Shown: positions 50,306 through 59,913 of the stretch, in pieces
Layout: each line of letters starts with the position of its first letter
How positions within the stretch are numbered: position 1 is the stretch's first letter
Notes under the pieces: model-generated
Told to the model about the DNA's origin: nothing
What the model saw: the letters and a program-made list of their open reading frames with translations, nothing else
Database searches by the model: none
Assembly: GCA_964371615.1 (NCBI GenBank)
Contig: CAYJMS010000003.1
Span: forward strand, 66,629-130,628
Length of the DNA stretch: 64,000 nt
Source of the DNA: an uncultured Chitinophagaceae bacterium
GTDB lineage: Bacteria > Bacteroidota > Ignavibacteria > UBA10030 > UBA8401
Reading direction: 5' to 3'
Translations under genes and position numbers: made by a program

Positions 50306-50734
50306 ATGCACGACAATCCTTCAACTGAACGGTACGAACTAACAATGAGTGTTGCACCGGAAGATATCGACATGCTGGACCACGTCAACAACATCGTCTA
50401 TCTCCGCTGGGTGCAGGATGCCGCCGTCGCGCATTGGACAGCCGCCGCAACGGATGAAGAGAAAGCGGCGGTCTACTGGGTGGTCGTGCGGCACGAAATC
50501 GATTACCTCCGTTCCGCCCGGCGCGGCGACACGATCATCGCCCGTACGTGGGTCGGCGGAACGGTTAAACATTATTTCGAACGGCATACGGAGATCCTCC
50601 GTGCCTCCGATGCAACGGTGCTCGCTCGCGCAAAGACCCTCTGGTGTCCCATCGATCAGAAGAGCGGGAGGCCGACGCGCGCAAGCGAAAGCATTCATAA
50701 ACGATTTTCCGTTTCAACAAACGACAACGCATGA
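50306..50734 (+). CDS. 4HBT/YbgC-like acyl-CoA thioesterase
   Basis: Trimmed to ATG 50306. Hotdog-fold pattern DIDMLDHVNNIVYLRW. Confidence 0.75.
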   Translation: MHDNPSTERYELTMSVAPEDIDMLDHVNNIVYLRWVQDAAVAHWTAAATDEEKAAVYWVVVRHEIDYLRSARRGDTIIARTWVGGTVKHYFERHTEILRASDATVLARAKTLWCPIDQKSGRPTRASESIHKRFSVSTNDNA

Positions 50735-51528
50735 ACACGACAACCTATCGTATTGAAAAAATGGACTGCCCCTCCGAGGAGCAGATGATCCGGATGAAAC
50801 TGGAGGGAATTCAATCGATCTCCTCATTGCATTTCGACATTCCCAACAGAACGCTCCGGGTGGTTCATACGAACTCCCACGACACTATCTTTGCCGCATT
50901 GGACAGCCTGAAATTCGACACAGCACACGTACGCACGGAGAGTGCCGCTGCGGGTGATAACGCAACGGAGTCGCATGACGGGGAACGGACATTATTGTAT
51001 CGGGTGCTGGGGATTAATTTCTTTTTCTTCGTTTTCGAGTTAGCCGCGGGATTCATCGCCGGTTCCATGGGATTGGTGGCGGACAGTCTGGATATGCTTG
51101 CGGACAGTATTGTGTACGGCTTGTCTCTCTACGCCGTCGGACGGAGTGTTGCGCATAAAAAGAATGTTGCAAAAGCAGCGGGGATCTTTCAGTTGATTCT
51201 TGCCGTTATGGGATTGACGGAAGTGGTGCGGAGATTTATCGGCGTCGATGAGATTCCTTCATTCGAAATGATGATTGCCGTTTCGTTCTTTGCTTTGATC
51301 GGCAACGCCGTCAGCTTGTATCTGCTCCAAAAGAGCAAGAGCAAAGAGGCGCACATGCAGGCAAGCATGATCTTTACATCCAACGACGTCATAGTCAATA
51401 TCGGCGTTATTGCCGCAGGAGCGCTGGTGCTCGCCACTGATTCGAATTATCCCGATCTTGTCATCGGTATCATCATCTTTGCATTGGTCGGTCGGGGAGC
51501 GTACAGAATTTTACAGCTTTCACGATAA
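50731..51528 (+). CDS. cation-efflux (CDF-like) membrane protein with N-terminal HMA-like domain
   Basis: 265 aa; ATGA overlap with the thioesterase. YRIEKMDCPSEEQMIRMKLEG, then TM region with ADSLDMLADS. Confidence 0.6.
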   Translation: MNTTTYRIEKMDCPSEEQMIRMKLEGIQSISSLHFDIPNRTLRVVHTNSHDTIFAALDSLKFDTAHVRTESAAAGDNATESHDGERTLLYRVLGINFFFFVFELAAGFIAGSMGLVADSLDMLADSIVYGLSLYAVGRSVAHKKNVAKAAGIFQLILAVMGLTEVVRRFIGVDEIPSFEMMIAVSFFALIGNAVSLYLLQKSKSKEAHMQASMIFTSNDVIVNIGVIAAGALVLATDSNYPDLVIGIIIFALVGRGAYRILQLSR

Positions 51529-51546
51529 GCATTCGCTGTTCCGCAC

Positions 51547-52851
51547 TCATTTTAGGAGCAGCATTTTCTTCGTCATTACAAAACCTCCGCCGGTGAGCCG
51601 GTAAAAATACAATCCGGCGGGAAGGTCGGTAGAATTGAACTGCACGGAATATTGTCCCGCTTCTTTTTCTTCGTTCACCAATGTCGATACCGCACGTCCA
51701 AGCAGATCGTACACCTGCAATTGTATGGCATTGTGTAATCCATTATTCGGTACTGTGAATGATATTGTTGTCGTAGGATTGAACGGATTGGGGTAGTTCT
51801 GTTCAAGAAAATATCCTGACGGCGATCCATCCGCATACTGTGGTACGCCAGTCTGTGATGACGACAGCGTTGCGACCGAGGCAAGCGCTGCGCGAGCGGA
51901 GGCTTGCAATAATTGCGGATTTAACTGACCAAGCGTATCACCTGTGGTGTGGTAATATGGATTTGCGGCGTACATCGGTGTGGTGACATTCGGCGGCGCT
52001 CCTTCGATCAGGCAGACGGCGGGAAATCCCTGCTCCCAGAACGGCGCATGATCGCTGAATGTATATGCCTGCGCGGCAACATTCACCGTCATATCGCTCA
52101 CACTTTGCTGCACGGCGGAAACGATATGATCGCAGATCCAGCGGGACTGTTCGTTCGTTACGATATCCATCGACAGATGTTCGTCGTTAAACCCGACCAT
52201 GTCGATGCATATCATCGCAATAATAGTTACTCCGCTCTCTCTTGCTTTTTGAGCATACGCTCTGCTGCCGTACAAATATCCTTCATACGCAGGACCTGTT
52301 TCTTCGACGCCGAATGCGACAAAATCCATAGTGTACTCACTCGAAAATCCTATTGCCGTATCGCTTAATATTCTCGCCAATTCGAGTACAACGGAGACGC
52401 CGCTGGCATTATCATCCGCACCCGGAACGGGCAAAGTGCTCCATTGCTCGCTCCATTCCGGCATTCTGCTGCCGCACGCATCGATGTGCGCACCGATCAC
52501 GATTTTTTTATCGGCATACATCGATCCGGGTTTTGATGCGACAATATTGAACATCGGTTTGGTGTCGAAAGGTTGCTGCGCCGTTGCGACAAGGAATGTA
52601 TCGAGATGAACGGAAGAAATGCCGGGAAGAGAAATGAATTCTCTTTTCACATATTCAACGGCGGAATCAAGTCCTGGAGTAAAATTCGCCCTGCTGCAAT
52701 GCCCACCCGCCTTTTGCAAAACATCAATATGAGCCGTCAGACGTTCGGCGGAGACGCTGTCAATCATCCGCTGCACAATGTTTGATTGCGCATTGGCTGT
52801 TCCCCCGAATATCACAAGGAGAACAATAATGTTAAGTATTAAATTGGGCAC
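51547..52851 (-). CDS. M28 family aminopeptidase with T9SS C-terminal tail
   Basis: 434 aa, GTG start. GAHIDA, GADDNASG and EETG metal-ligand blocks; C-terminal NYPNPFNPTTTISFTV. Confidence 0.85.
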   Translation of the reverse strand: MPNLILNIIVLLVIFGGTANAQSNIVQRMIDSVSAERLTAHIDVLQKAGGHCSRANFTPGLDSAVEYVKREFISLPGISSVHLDTFLVATAQQPFDTKPMFNIVASKPGSMYADKKIVIGAHIDACGSRMPEWSEQWSTLPVPGADDNASGVSVVLELARILSDTAIGFSSEYTMDFVAFGVEETGPAYEGYLYGSRAYAQKARESGVTIIAMICIDMVGFNDEHLSMDIVTNEQSRWICDHIVSAVQQSVSDMTVNVAAQAYTFSDHAPFWEQGFPAVCLIEGAPPNVTTPMYAANPYYHTTGDTLGQLNPQLLQASARAALASVATLSSSQTGVPQYADGSPSGYFLEQNYPNPFNPTTTISFTVPNNGLHNAIQLQVYDLLGRAVSTLVNEEKEAGQYSVQFNSTDLPAGLYFYRLTGGGFVMTKKMLLLK

Positions 52852-52919
52852 TTTAAAAAAAGAAAATTGACAGATGGGTCTTCTGAAAAAGTCATTTTTT
52901 GAGATGACTTCAAATCAAC

Positions 52920-53714
52920 TTATTGTGCATCCAACGCATTATAATCCAGTTCCGATCCCCAGGCGCTGTGCGGAATCAAGAAGACAAGAAGCGTCACGAC
53001 GGCGGCGCCAAGAATCCACCGTTTCGGATTTTTCGACTTGCGAACCGCAATCGCCGCAACGATCCAGGCGATGAAAGCGATAAGCGTTTTATTGTCGGTC
53101 AGATCGTGGCCGTACGGAATTCCGGTCCACCATTCGTTAAATGCGTATTGCTGTACCAGCGGACCGAGCATCATGCCGCCGATAGTGATGAATACCAGAG
53201 TCATATCAGTCAACTTCTGCAGCCGCGGTTCCTTGAGAAAGACCTCCAGTCCCGTCCGAGTGGCAAGCAGCATACCGGCAAACATGAAGATCACGTGTAG
53301 AATTAAAACTGTCGCCGGAACATCTCCTCTGAATCTGATCACCGTCGACGCGCGGAATGTCTCTTTTCCGTCGGTCAAAATCACTTTATAGTGAAGTTTT
53401 CCGGCCGGCGGCTGATGCGGCAATTCTGCCGATAGAACTCCGTCGGTGTAGGTCATCGGAACCATGATGTATTCGTCGTTTGTTTTGTACCGTTTCCATT
53501 CCACCGTGCCGGTGATAGTTTCGTCATTTGTCATTACCGTAACCAGATGGTTGTCGTCGCCGCCGTGTGCCCGATCGAGTGTGACGGAAATTGCTTTGGC
53601 GTTGAGCAGCGTGACGTAATGTGTCGGATGGGTCGGCCCGGTCAGACGTTGATAGACCGCGGATGCCAGTGTTATGATGACGGCGAGAAGCCAGATTTGA
53701 TATGAGCGTTTCAT
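52920..53714 (-). CDS. hypothetical integral membrane protein
   Basis: 264 aa. N-terminal TM, a beta-rich periplasmic segment of about 110 aa, and 4-5 C-terminal TMs. Confidence 0.6.
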   Translation of the reverse strand: MKRSYQIWLLAVIITLASAVYQRLTGPTHPTHYVTLLNAKAISVTLDRAHGGDDNHLVTVMTNDETITGTVEWKRYKTNDEYIMVPMTYTDGVLSAELPHQPPAGKLHYKVILTDGKETFRASTVIRFRGDVPATVLILHVIFMFAGMLLATRTGLEVFLKEPRLQKLTDMTLVFITIGGMMLGPLVQQYAFNEWWTGIPYGHDLTDNKTLIAFIAWIVAAIAVRKSKNPKRWILGAAVVTLLVFLIPHSAWGSELDYNALDAQ

Positions 53715-53720
53715 GTGTGG

Positions 53721-53780
53721 AGTAGTTGAGTAGTTGAGTAGTTGAGTATATGAGTATGTGAGTCGTTGAGTATATGAGTA
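53721..53780. repeat. 8-bp tandem repeat (AGTAGTTG)x3 plus 4.5 degenerate units
   Basis: AGTAGTTG AGTAGTTG AGTAGTTG AGTATATG AGTATGTG AGTCGTTG AGTATATG AGTA. Starts 7 nt upstream of the start codon of the minus-strand gene 52920-53714. Confidence 0.9.
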
Positions 53781-53975
53781 ATTCTATAATGTTCTATTAA
53801 AATTAAGTCAAACATTGTACCAAAGAAAAACTCTTTTTTTACATTGAAATCGGACAATGTATTCTCATTTCTGATAATAGTTCGCAGGATTGAAAACGGT
53901 GCATTGCTTCTGCCGAATAGAACGGCTACATTTGCACATCCACACAACGTTGTATTCCCGAAAGGAGTTTGATCA

Positions 53976-55016
53976 ATGAAAGCATTGTTCAACAGTTTGG
54001 GATACTGTCTCATCGCGACTGCAATATTTATCATGTCGTGCGACAAGGATGACGACATCAGCACTGCCCCGACGAAGGATACCATCCCTCCCACCGTCGA
54101 AATCACATCGCCTGAAAACGGCGTCATCGTTACCGGTACTATCGACATCGTCGTTGCCGTGTATGATAACAAAGGAGTGACAAAAGTTGAGATGATCAAG
54201 AACGGATCGGTTTCGGCAACGGACGAGACATCACCATTCGGATTTACCTGGGACACCGACGCCGCTGCAACAGGAACGCATTATCTGCAGGCACGGGCGT
54301 ACGATGCCGCCGGTAATGTCGGTTTATCAAATACCGTAGCGGTAACAATCGCCGAGCCGCTCGATGTGATATTCCACAACACGGTCTTCACCGATATATC
54401 GATCACGATCGGCAGCGTTACCAAGACTATTCTTGTCGATGATAGCGTTACTTTCTCCTTCGCGGCAAATCCCGGCACGTTCTCGTACACTGCCACCACG
54501 TCCGGAAAAACAACCGGCGGAACGGTCGTCGGCAAGGTGATCAATTGGGCGGGGAATAATATCGACATCGCCGGCATGTCGGAAAAACGGATCAATCTGG
54601 TTGTAAGTTCACTTTCGTTCTTTATATACGTTACAAACCAAGGATCGCACACACTCAATCCGTTTTATGTCAATTACGGCCTCACGAGCCAGACGATGGA
54701 CAATATCGTCATCCCTCCGGATCATGTGAAGTACCGCATCGGCTATTACAGCGCGTACACAAACACGCAGGTGAGAGCGTACTGGCAGGGTACTACAACG
54801 TACGCGTACTGGGATCAAGGAACGCAGTTCATACTGCCGTGGACGACCAATCAATATGTCAATTTATTGAACACGTCTCTGCTGGCGCCGGGAAACGATC
54901 CTAATCGTGAAATCGGTTCCGCTCCCGGCGAGTTGTTGCTGCGTGCAAAAGGAGGATCGTCGGTACGAATACCGGACGGAGAGATCCATCTCGATCTCCC
55001 GCGATTCGGCGAGTAA
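53976..55016 (+). CDS. lipoprotein with bacterial Ig-like domain
   Basis: 346 aa; AAAGGAG RBS; signal peptide ending IMSC. PPTVEITSPENGVIVTGTIDIVVAVYDNKGVTKVEM...YLQARAYDAAGNVG is typical of Ig-like (Big) domains. Confidence 0.65.
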   Translation: MKALFNSLGYCLIATAIFIMSCDKDDDISTAPTKDTIPPTVEITSPENGVIVTGTIDIVVAVYDNKGVTKVEMIKNGSVSATDETSPFGFTWDTDAAATGTHYLQARAYDAAGNVGLSNTVAVTIAEPLDVIFHNTVFTDISITIGSVTKTILVDDSVTFSFAANPGTFSYTATTSGKTTGGTVVGKVINWAGNNIDIAGMSEKRINLVVSSLSFFIYVTNQGSHTLNPFYVNYGLTSQTMDNIVIPPDHVKYRIGYYSAYTNTQVRAYWQGTTTYAYWDQGTQFILPWTTNQYVNLLNTSLLAPGNDPNREIGSAPGELLLRAKGGSSVRIPDGEIHLDLPRFGE

Positions 55017-55096
55017 CTCTGGTTTCATTTGAAGGAAAAAAACGAGAGCACCATTGCGTGTTCTCGCTTTTTTAGTGATTATCTCAAAAATCCTTG

Positions 55097-55272
55097 TCAT
55101 GTCATTGCCCCAAAGGGGCCCCTTCGGGGCGAGCGAGTGCTTTTTACGAGCGAAGCAATCTCGAAGTTCTCACCCATCGTCATTGCGATCCCGACTTTAG
55201 TCGGGAGAAGCAATCTAAAAAGTAAAGAAAGATTGCTTCGTCGTCCTGAAAAACAGGACTCCTCGCAATGAC
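55097..55272. repeat. REP cluster: half unit plus complete four-stem unit GTCATTGCGA...TCGCAATGAC (55179-55272)
   Basis: Same stem architecture as 13411-13513, with different inner hairpins. Confidence 0.85.
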
Positions 55273-55334
55273 CATCTATACTTAAGATGTGTTCTAAGTA
55301 CAATGTTGCGATACTGTTTTTCCGGCATCACATG

Positions 55335-55664
55335 TTAATACTGCGGCACGGAGGGATCGATCTCCCGCGACCAGGCATGGATGCCGCCGGTAAGATTGAA
55401 GAGATTCGAGAGGCCGTGATTCCGTTGAAGGTGTGCAACGACGCGAGCGCTCCGCATGCCGGTGTGGCAATATACGATTACCGGAATATCCCGCCTGATC
55501 TTTTCGACATTCTCCTCGATTTCCCCGACCGGAATCAATTCCCCGCCGATAGTGCAGAATTCATACTCATCCTCTTCACGGCAATCGATCAGTTGATATT
55601 TCTGTTCTTCGTCCATCATTTTTTTCAATTGATGAACGGTAATGGATTTTATCGTCATGGGCAT
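55335..55664 (-). CDS. rhodanese-like sulfurtransferase domain protein
   Basis: Track ORF trimmed to ATG 55664 (MPMTIKSITVHQL). Active-site loop VYCHTGMRSA. Confidence 0.8.
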   Translation of the reverse strand: MPMTIKSITVHQLKKMMDEEQKYQLIDCREEDEYEFCTIGGELIPVGEIEENVEKIRRDIPVIVYCHTGMRSARVVAHLQRNHGLSNLFNLTGGIHAWSREIDPSVPQY

Positions 55665-55753
55665 ACGTTGTTTTTTGATTGGTGCACTGATTGAATATAA
55701 TGGTTTTGTCCGTTTGTTTTCGATGAAATGTTTCTTACTTTTATCGGACATTT

Positions 55754-56398
55754 ATGGCAACCTCAGACACATACTTTATTGCCGTGGCGGGAAATATCGG
55801 CGCGGGAAAATCATCGCTCACACGGATGCTCGGAGAACGCTTCCACTGGAAGCCGTACTACGAATCCGTTGAGGATAATCCCTATCTGGCTGATTTTTAC
55901 GGGGATATGAACCGCTGGTCGTTTCACCTGCAGATTTATTTTCTCGCCAACCGCTTTAAAAGCCATAAAGAGATCGTGGAATCGAACAAGTCGGTCATAC
56001 AGGATCGGTCCATTTACGAGGATGCGGAGATCTTTGCCCGCAACTTAAGTCTAATCGGTAAAATGGATAAGCGGGATTACGAAAACTATGTTTCCCTCTT
56101 TCATGTGATGATGACCTACCTCAAACCGCCCGATCTTATGATTTATCTCCGCTCGTCGGTGGATACGTTGATGACGCAGATCAAAAAGCGGGGACGGGAA
56201 TATGAACAGACTATTCCGCGGGAGTATCTCGAACAACTGAACGGACATTACGAAGAGTGGATCGGCAAGTATTCCATTGGGCCGCTGCTGGTGATAGAAA
56301 TGGATCCGCTTGATTTCGTTCACCGATCCGAAGATTTCGAGTATATTGTAAAGCAGGTACAGAAAGCGCTGCCGCAGATGCAGCTGTTTGAGAAGTAG
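55754..56398 (+). CDS. deoxynucleoside kinase
   Basis: 214 aa. P-loop IAVAGNIGAGKSSL, DRSIYED and LRSS lid blocks. Confidence 0.85.
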   Translation: MATSDTYFIAVAGNIGAGKSSLTRMLGERFHWKPYYESVEDNPYLADFYGDMNRWSFHLQIYFLANRFKSHKEIVESNKSVIQDRSIYEDAEIFARNLSLIGKMDKRDYENYVSLFHVMMTYLKPPDLMIYLRSSVDTLMTQIKKRGREYEQTIPREYLEQLNGHYEEWIGKYSIGPLLVIEMDPLDFVHRSEDFEYIVKQVQKALPQMQLFEK

Positions 56399-56409
56399 TA
56401 AATACTGAA

Positions 56410-56450
56410 CATCCCCGTTTTCTTATAGAAAACGGGGATGTGTGTTTTTT
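56410..56450 (+). terminator. terminator formed by palindrome family P-B, copy 3
   Basis: CATCCCCGTTTTC-ttata-GAAAACGGGGATG followed by TGTGTTTTTT, 12 nt after the kinase stop. Confidence 0.75.
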
Positions 56451-56452
56451 AA

Positions 56453-56483
56453 GGTAACCGTCACCCTGGAGGTGACGATCACC
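56453..56483. repeat. palindrome family P-D, copy 2 (inverted relative to 38441)
   Basis: GGTAACCGTCACCCTGGAGGTGACGATCACC. Confidence 0.7.
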
Positions 56484-56492
56484 TTTTTCTTT

Positions 56493-58142
56493 TTATTTCT
56501 TTGGTTTCAATAATGCCAGATATGTTTTCGAATCACGAAGAAGCGACGCCGCTGTTTGCACCTGTGCATCATGATTGAGCGAAATGCGGATGCGTCCCTT
56601 TTCGCCGTTATACCGTCCGTTCAGTTCTTCCGCCAGTTCGTTCCGGATCTCTTCTTTGTAGCGCTCGAAAGCGTTCGATTTTTCTTTGTTCAATTGCGAC
56701 AGAAGCGCGTCGACCGACGAGAGCGATGCGGAAGCGTACCGTTCCTTCTTCATCATCTCTTTTAATTCGTTCAGATGTTTCTCCACTGGTTCGGCGTATT
56801 CAAATTTCTGCGACCGAGCATAGTCCTCGAACCGTTTCAACACATCGTCGTTCACAACAATGTCCCCCTCTGCGATACCGTTCTGTGCAACAAAGGAAGT
56901 CGCAAATTTAAAGAAGACCGCCTTCCGCATCAGCTCCGCAAAAAATGCGCTGTGATTCCCGTTCTCCACCACTGTATCGGGCGTGATGCCGCCGAGTTCT
57001 TTGACGATGCGTCCGTTAATGGTTTTGAACTCTTTTTTCATGCTGTCCGGCGTCGTCGCAAAGACACCGTCTTTATTCTTGTGAAGATAATCGATCTCCT
57101 GTATCGACCGTCCGCTCGGCGTATAATAGCGCGCGGTGGTGATCTTCATGGAAGTCTGGTATGACAACGGTATGACCGTTTGCACCAATCCCTTGCCGAA
57201 GGATCGTGTGCCGAGAATAATACCGCGATCGAGATCCTGCACCGCTCCGGCGACGATCTCGCTGGCGCTGGCGCTGCTGCGGTTGACGAGTACCGCCAAC
57301 GGGATATCCGCCGCCACGGGTTCTTCTTCCACGCGATATTCCTTCTCTTCTTCTTCTTTTCGTCCGCGTGTGGTAACAACGAGACTGCCGTTCTTTGCAA
57401 ACTTGCTCGTGACATCGACCGCGGCGTTCAACAATCCGCCCGGATTGTCGCGCATATCGAGAATAATCCCTTTCACATCTCCTTTCACTTTCAATTCTTT
57501 AATCGCCTGCCGCACTTCTTCTCCGGCGCGGGTGGAGAACCGCTCCAGTTTAATGTAGCCGATCCCCTCCTTGACGAATCCGGAATATCCAACGTTGTGT
57601 ACCTGTATCCGTTCTCGAATCAGTACAAATTCAATCGGATCTTTTTCACCTTCCCGTTCCACTTTCATCCGCACCACCGTTCCGGGTTCGCCCCGCACAC
57701 GCGACCGAACGCTGTCCGGATTCACGCCGGAAATATTTTCACCGTCGATTGCGATAATCCTGTCGCCGGCTTTTACTCCCTGTTTATGCGCGGAGTATCC
57801 TTCCATCGGAGACAGAACGGTAATGATGCCGTCCCGCACGCCGATGGAAACACCGATGCCTCCGTATTGCCCGTGCGTCAACAGTTCAATCTCGCTTTCG
57901 TCCTTACCGCCGAGATACACAGTGTAGGGATCGAGCGTGCCGAGCATGCCGTCGATTCCCGATCGCATGAAGCGCTCCGGATCCACCTCGTCCACATAGT
58001 TGGTGACGATCTCTTTGTACACCCTGCCGAAGATGTCGATGTTCTTCCCGATGCTGAGGTAGATGTTGTCGATACCGGTAAAACCCGCCGCTCCGATCAA
58101 CACAACGGAAACAAGAATGCCTGCAATGAGTCTCTTTTTCAT
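56493..58142 (-). CDS. S41 family C-terminal processing peptidase with PDZ domain
   Basis: 549 aa. PDZ block GVKAGDRIIAIDG; catalytic Ser block SASASEIVAGA and Lys block SFGKGLVQ. Confidence 0.9.
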   Translation of the reverse strand: MKKRLIAGILVSVVLIGAAGFTGIDNIYLSIGKNIDIFGRVYKEIVTNYVDEVDPERFMRSGIDGMLGTLDPYTVYLGGKDESEIELLTHGQYGGIGVSIGVRDGIITVLSPMEGYSAHKQGVKAGDRIIAIDGENISGVNPDSVRSRVRGEPGTVVRMKVEREGEKDPIEFVLIRERIQVHNVGYSGFVKEGIGYIKLERFSTRAGEEVRQAIKELKVKGDVKGIILDMRDNPGGLLNAAVDVTSKFAKNGSLVVTTRGRKEEEEKEYRVEEEPVAADIPLAVLVNRSSASASEIVAGAVQDLDRGIILGTRSFGKGLVQTVIPLSYQTSMKITTARYYTPSGRSIQEIDYLHKNKDGVFATTPDSMKKEFKTINGRIVKELGGITPDTVVENGNHSAFFAELMRKAVFFKFATSFVAQNGIAEGDIVVNDDVLKRFEDYARSQKFEYAEPVEKHLNELKEMMKKERYASASLSSVDALLSQLNKEKSNAFERYKEEIRNELAEELNGRYNGEKGRIRISLNHDAQVQTAASLLRDSKTYLALLKPKK

Positions 58143-58202
58143 GCCAACCCTTTGTATTTATTACAATGAATATTTTGCGAATATCTCAAAAAAAATTAAA
58201 TC

Positions 58203-58276
58203 ATTGTCATGCCGAGCGTAGACGAGGCATGACTTTCACCGAATTGTCACACCTCGTCTACGCTCGGTGTGACAAT
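58203..58276. repeat. double hairpin with mutually complementary loops
   Basis: GTCATGCC-gagcgtagacgag-GGCATGAC (58206-58233) and GTCACAC-ctcgtctacgctc-GGTGTGAC (within 58242-58276). Confidence 0.85.
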
Positions 58277-58459
58277 CTTTAATATTTAAGATAGGTACAA
58301 ATAGTTTTTTGTTTAAAATTCTTTTCTTCCTCTGTGTCTCCGTGCCTCCGTGCCTCCGTGGTATGCTTTTCAGAATATACAACAGAAACACCACTGTTGC
58401 ATTGTTGCATTTCATCGATCCCCTCAGTACGTTAGAGGGTCACTACCATAGGGAAGACA

Positions 58460-59911
58460 ATGTCCACCACCTCGTCCCGTGCAGACGCGCTCGACGCCCT
58501 CCGCGGCCTCGCCATTATCGGCATGATCCTCTCCGGCCAATTGCCGTTCCACGAATTTGTGCTGCCGGACTGGATGTATCACGCACAGGTTCCGCCGCCG
58601 GACCATACATTTATCCCCACACTTCCGGGCATTACCTGGGTCGATCTTGTATTTCCCTTCTTTTTATTTGCCATGGGTGCGGCGTTTCCGCTGGCGTTAT
58701 CAAAAAAAATAGCAGCCGGCGTTTCGAAATGGGAGATCTCGTTCTCGATCCTGGAACGCGGCGTGCTGTTGGGATTCTTTGCACTCTATGTTCAGGCGAT
58801 CCGCCCGTATGCGATGAGCACACATCCCGATACGATGACCTGGCTGGTCAGTATTGCGGCGTTTCTTTTTCTCTTTCCGATGTATGCGCGCCTGCCGGAA
58901 ACGTGGAACAAATTTCTCCGTTGGGGAGTGAAGTCCGCAGGATGGATCTGCGCGATTCTCTTTTTTGTATTGACCACGTATCCCGATGGAAGCGGATTTA
59001 AACTGACCCGCAGCGATATCATCATCGTCGTATTAACGAACATGGCGGTCTTCGGTGCGTTCACCTGGCTCGTGACACGCGACAATCTTCTTCTGCGATT
59101 GGGCTTACTGGGGGTACTGTTCGCAATCCGTCTGTCGAATATGCCGGCGGGAATTGAAGGATGGGTGAACGACATTTGGCGTTGGACGCCGATACCGTGG
59201 ATGTATACGCTCTATTATCAGCAGTACCTCTTCATCGTCATTCCCGGCACAATACTTGGAGATTTGATCCTCCGTTTTACGAAATTGATTAATCAAAACC
59301 CAATTCCCAATTCCCAATTCCTAATTCCTAATCACCAATGGCATTCATTGCGTTATATTTTTATTGCTCTGCTCATGCTTTTTCTCAACTTAGAACTCCT
59401 GATCGGCCTCTTCTCCCGCTATCTTGTTGAAACTACACTGCTGACATTCGTGCTCTGCGGCGCCGGATATTGGCTGACGAACAAACCGTTGAACGAACGG
59501 GAAAAATTGTACCGCGAATTGTTCCATTGGGCAATCTTCTGGCTGGTGTTGGGACTCTTCTTTGAACCGTACGAAGGTGGCATTAAAAAGGACAAAGCGA
59601 CTGTCAGTTACTATTTTGTCACGAGCGGACTGGCGATCTGTTCGTACATCTTCTTTTCCGTTGTCATCGACGTGTTCAAGAAAAAACGGGCTGTGCAATT
59701 ATTGATCGACAACGGGCAGAATCCGATGATCGCGTATGCGGGGATCAATAATTTCGTCATTCCACTGCTCGGCGTGACCGGTATTTTATCCGTGATGAAT
59801 GCACTTGTCACCACTCCGTTTCTTGGATTCCTCAAAGGATTGATCTTTACACTTCTTCTTATGCTTGTCACCAGTTTTTGCACGAAGAAGAAGATATTCT
59901 GGAGGACATAA
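58460..59911 (+). CDS. DUF5009 / heparan-alpha-glucosaminide N-acetyltransferase-like membrane protein
   Basis: 483 aa. RADALDALRGLAIIGMIL N-terminal motif and about 11 TMs. Confidence 0.65.
   Translation: MSTTSSRADALDALRGLAIIGMILSGQLPFHEFVLPDWMYHAQVPPPDHTFIPTLPGITWVDLVFPFFLFAMGAAFPLALSKKIAAGVSKWEISFSILERGVLLGFFALYVQAIRPYAMSTHPDTMTWLVSIAAFLFLFPMYARLPETWNKFLRWGVKSAGWICAILFFVLTTYPDGSGFKLTRSDIIIVVLTNMAVFGAFTWLVTRDNLLLRLGLLGVLFAIRLSNMPAGIEGWVNDIWRWTPIPWMYTLYYQQYLFIVIPGTILGDLILRFTKLINQNPIPNSQFLIPNHQWHSLRYIFIALLMLFLNLELLIGLFSRYLVETTLLTFVLCGAGYWLTNKPLNEREKLYRELFHWAIFWLVLGLFFEPYEGGIKKDKATVSYYFVTSGLAICSYIFFSVVIDVFKKKRAVQLLIDNGQNPMIAYAGINNFVIPLLGVTGILSVMNALVTTPFLGFLKGLIFTLLLMLVTSFCTKKKIFWRT
59299..59333 (+). 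repeat. 7-bp tandem repeat (CCCAATT)x3 (CCTAATT)(CCTAATC) inside a CDS
   Basis: Read directly. Encodes NPIPNSQFLIPN within the 58460-59911 protein. Confidence 0.9.
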
Positions 59912-59913
59912 CG

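Noticed and set aside
53711-54256. 181-aa minus-strand ORF.
   Set aside because: It is built from the 8-bp tandem repeat (THILNDSHTHILNYSTTQLL) and otherwise lies antisense to the Ig-like lipoprotein gene.
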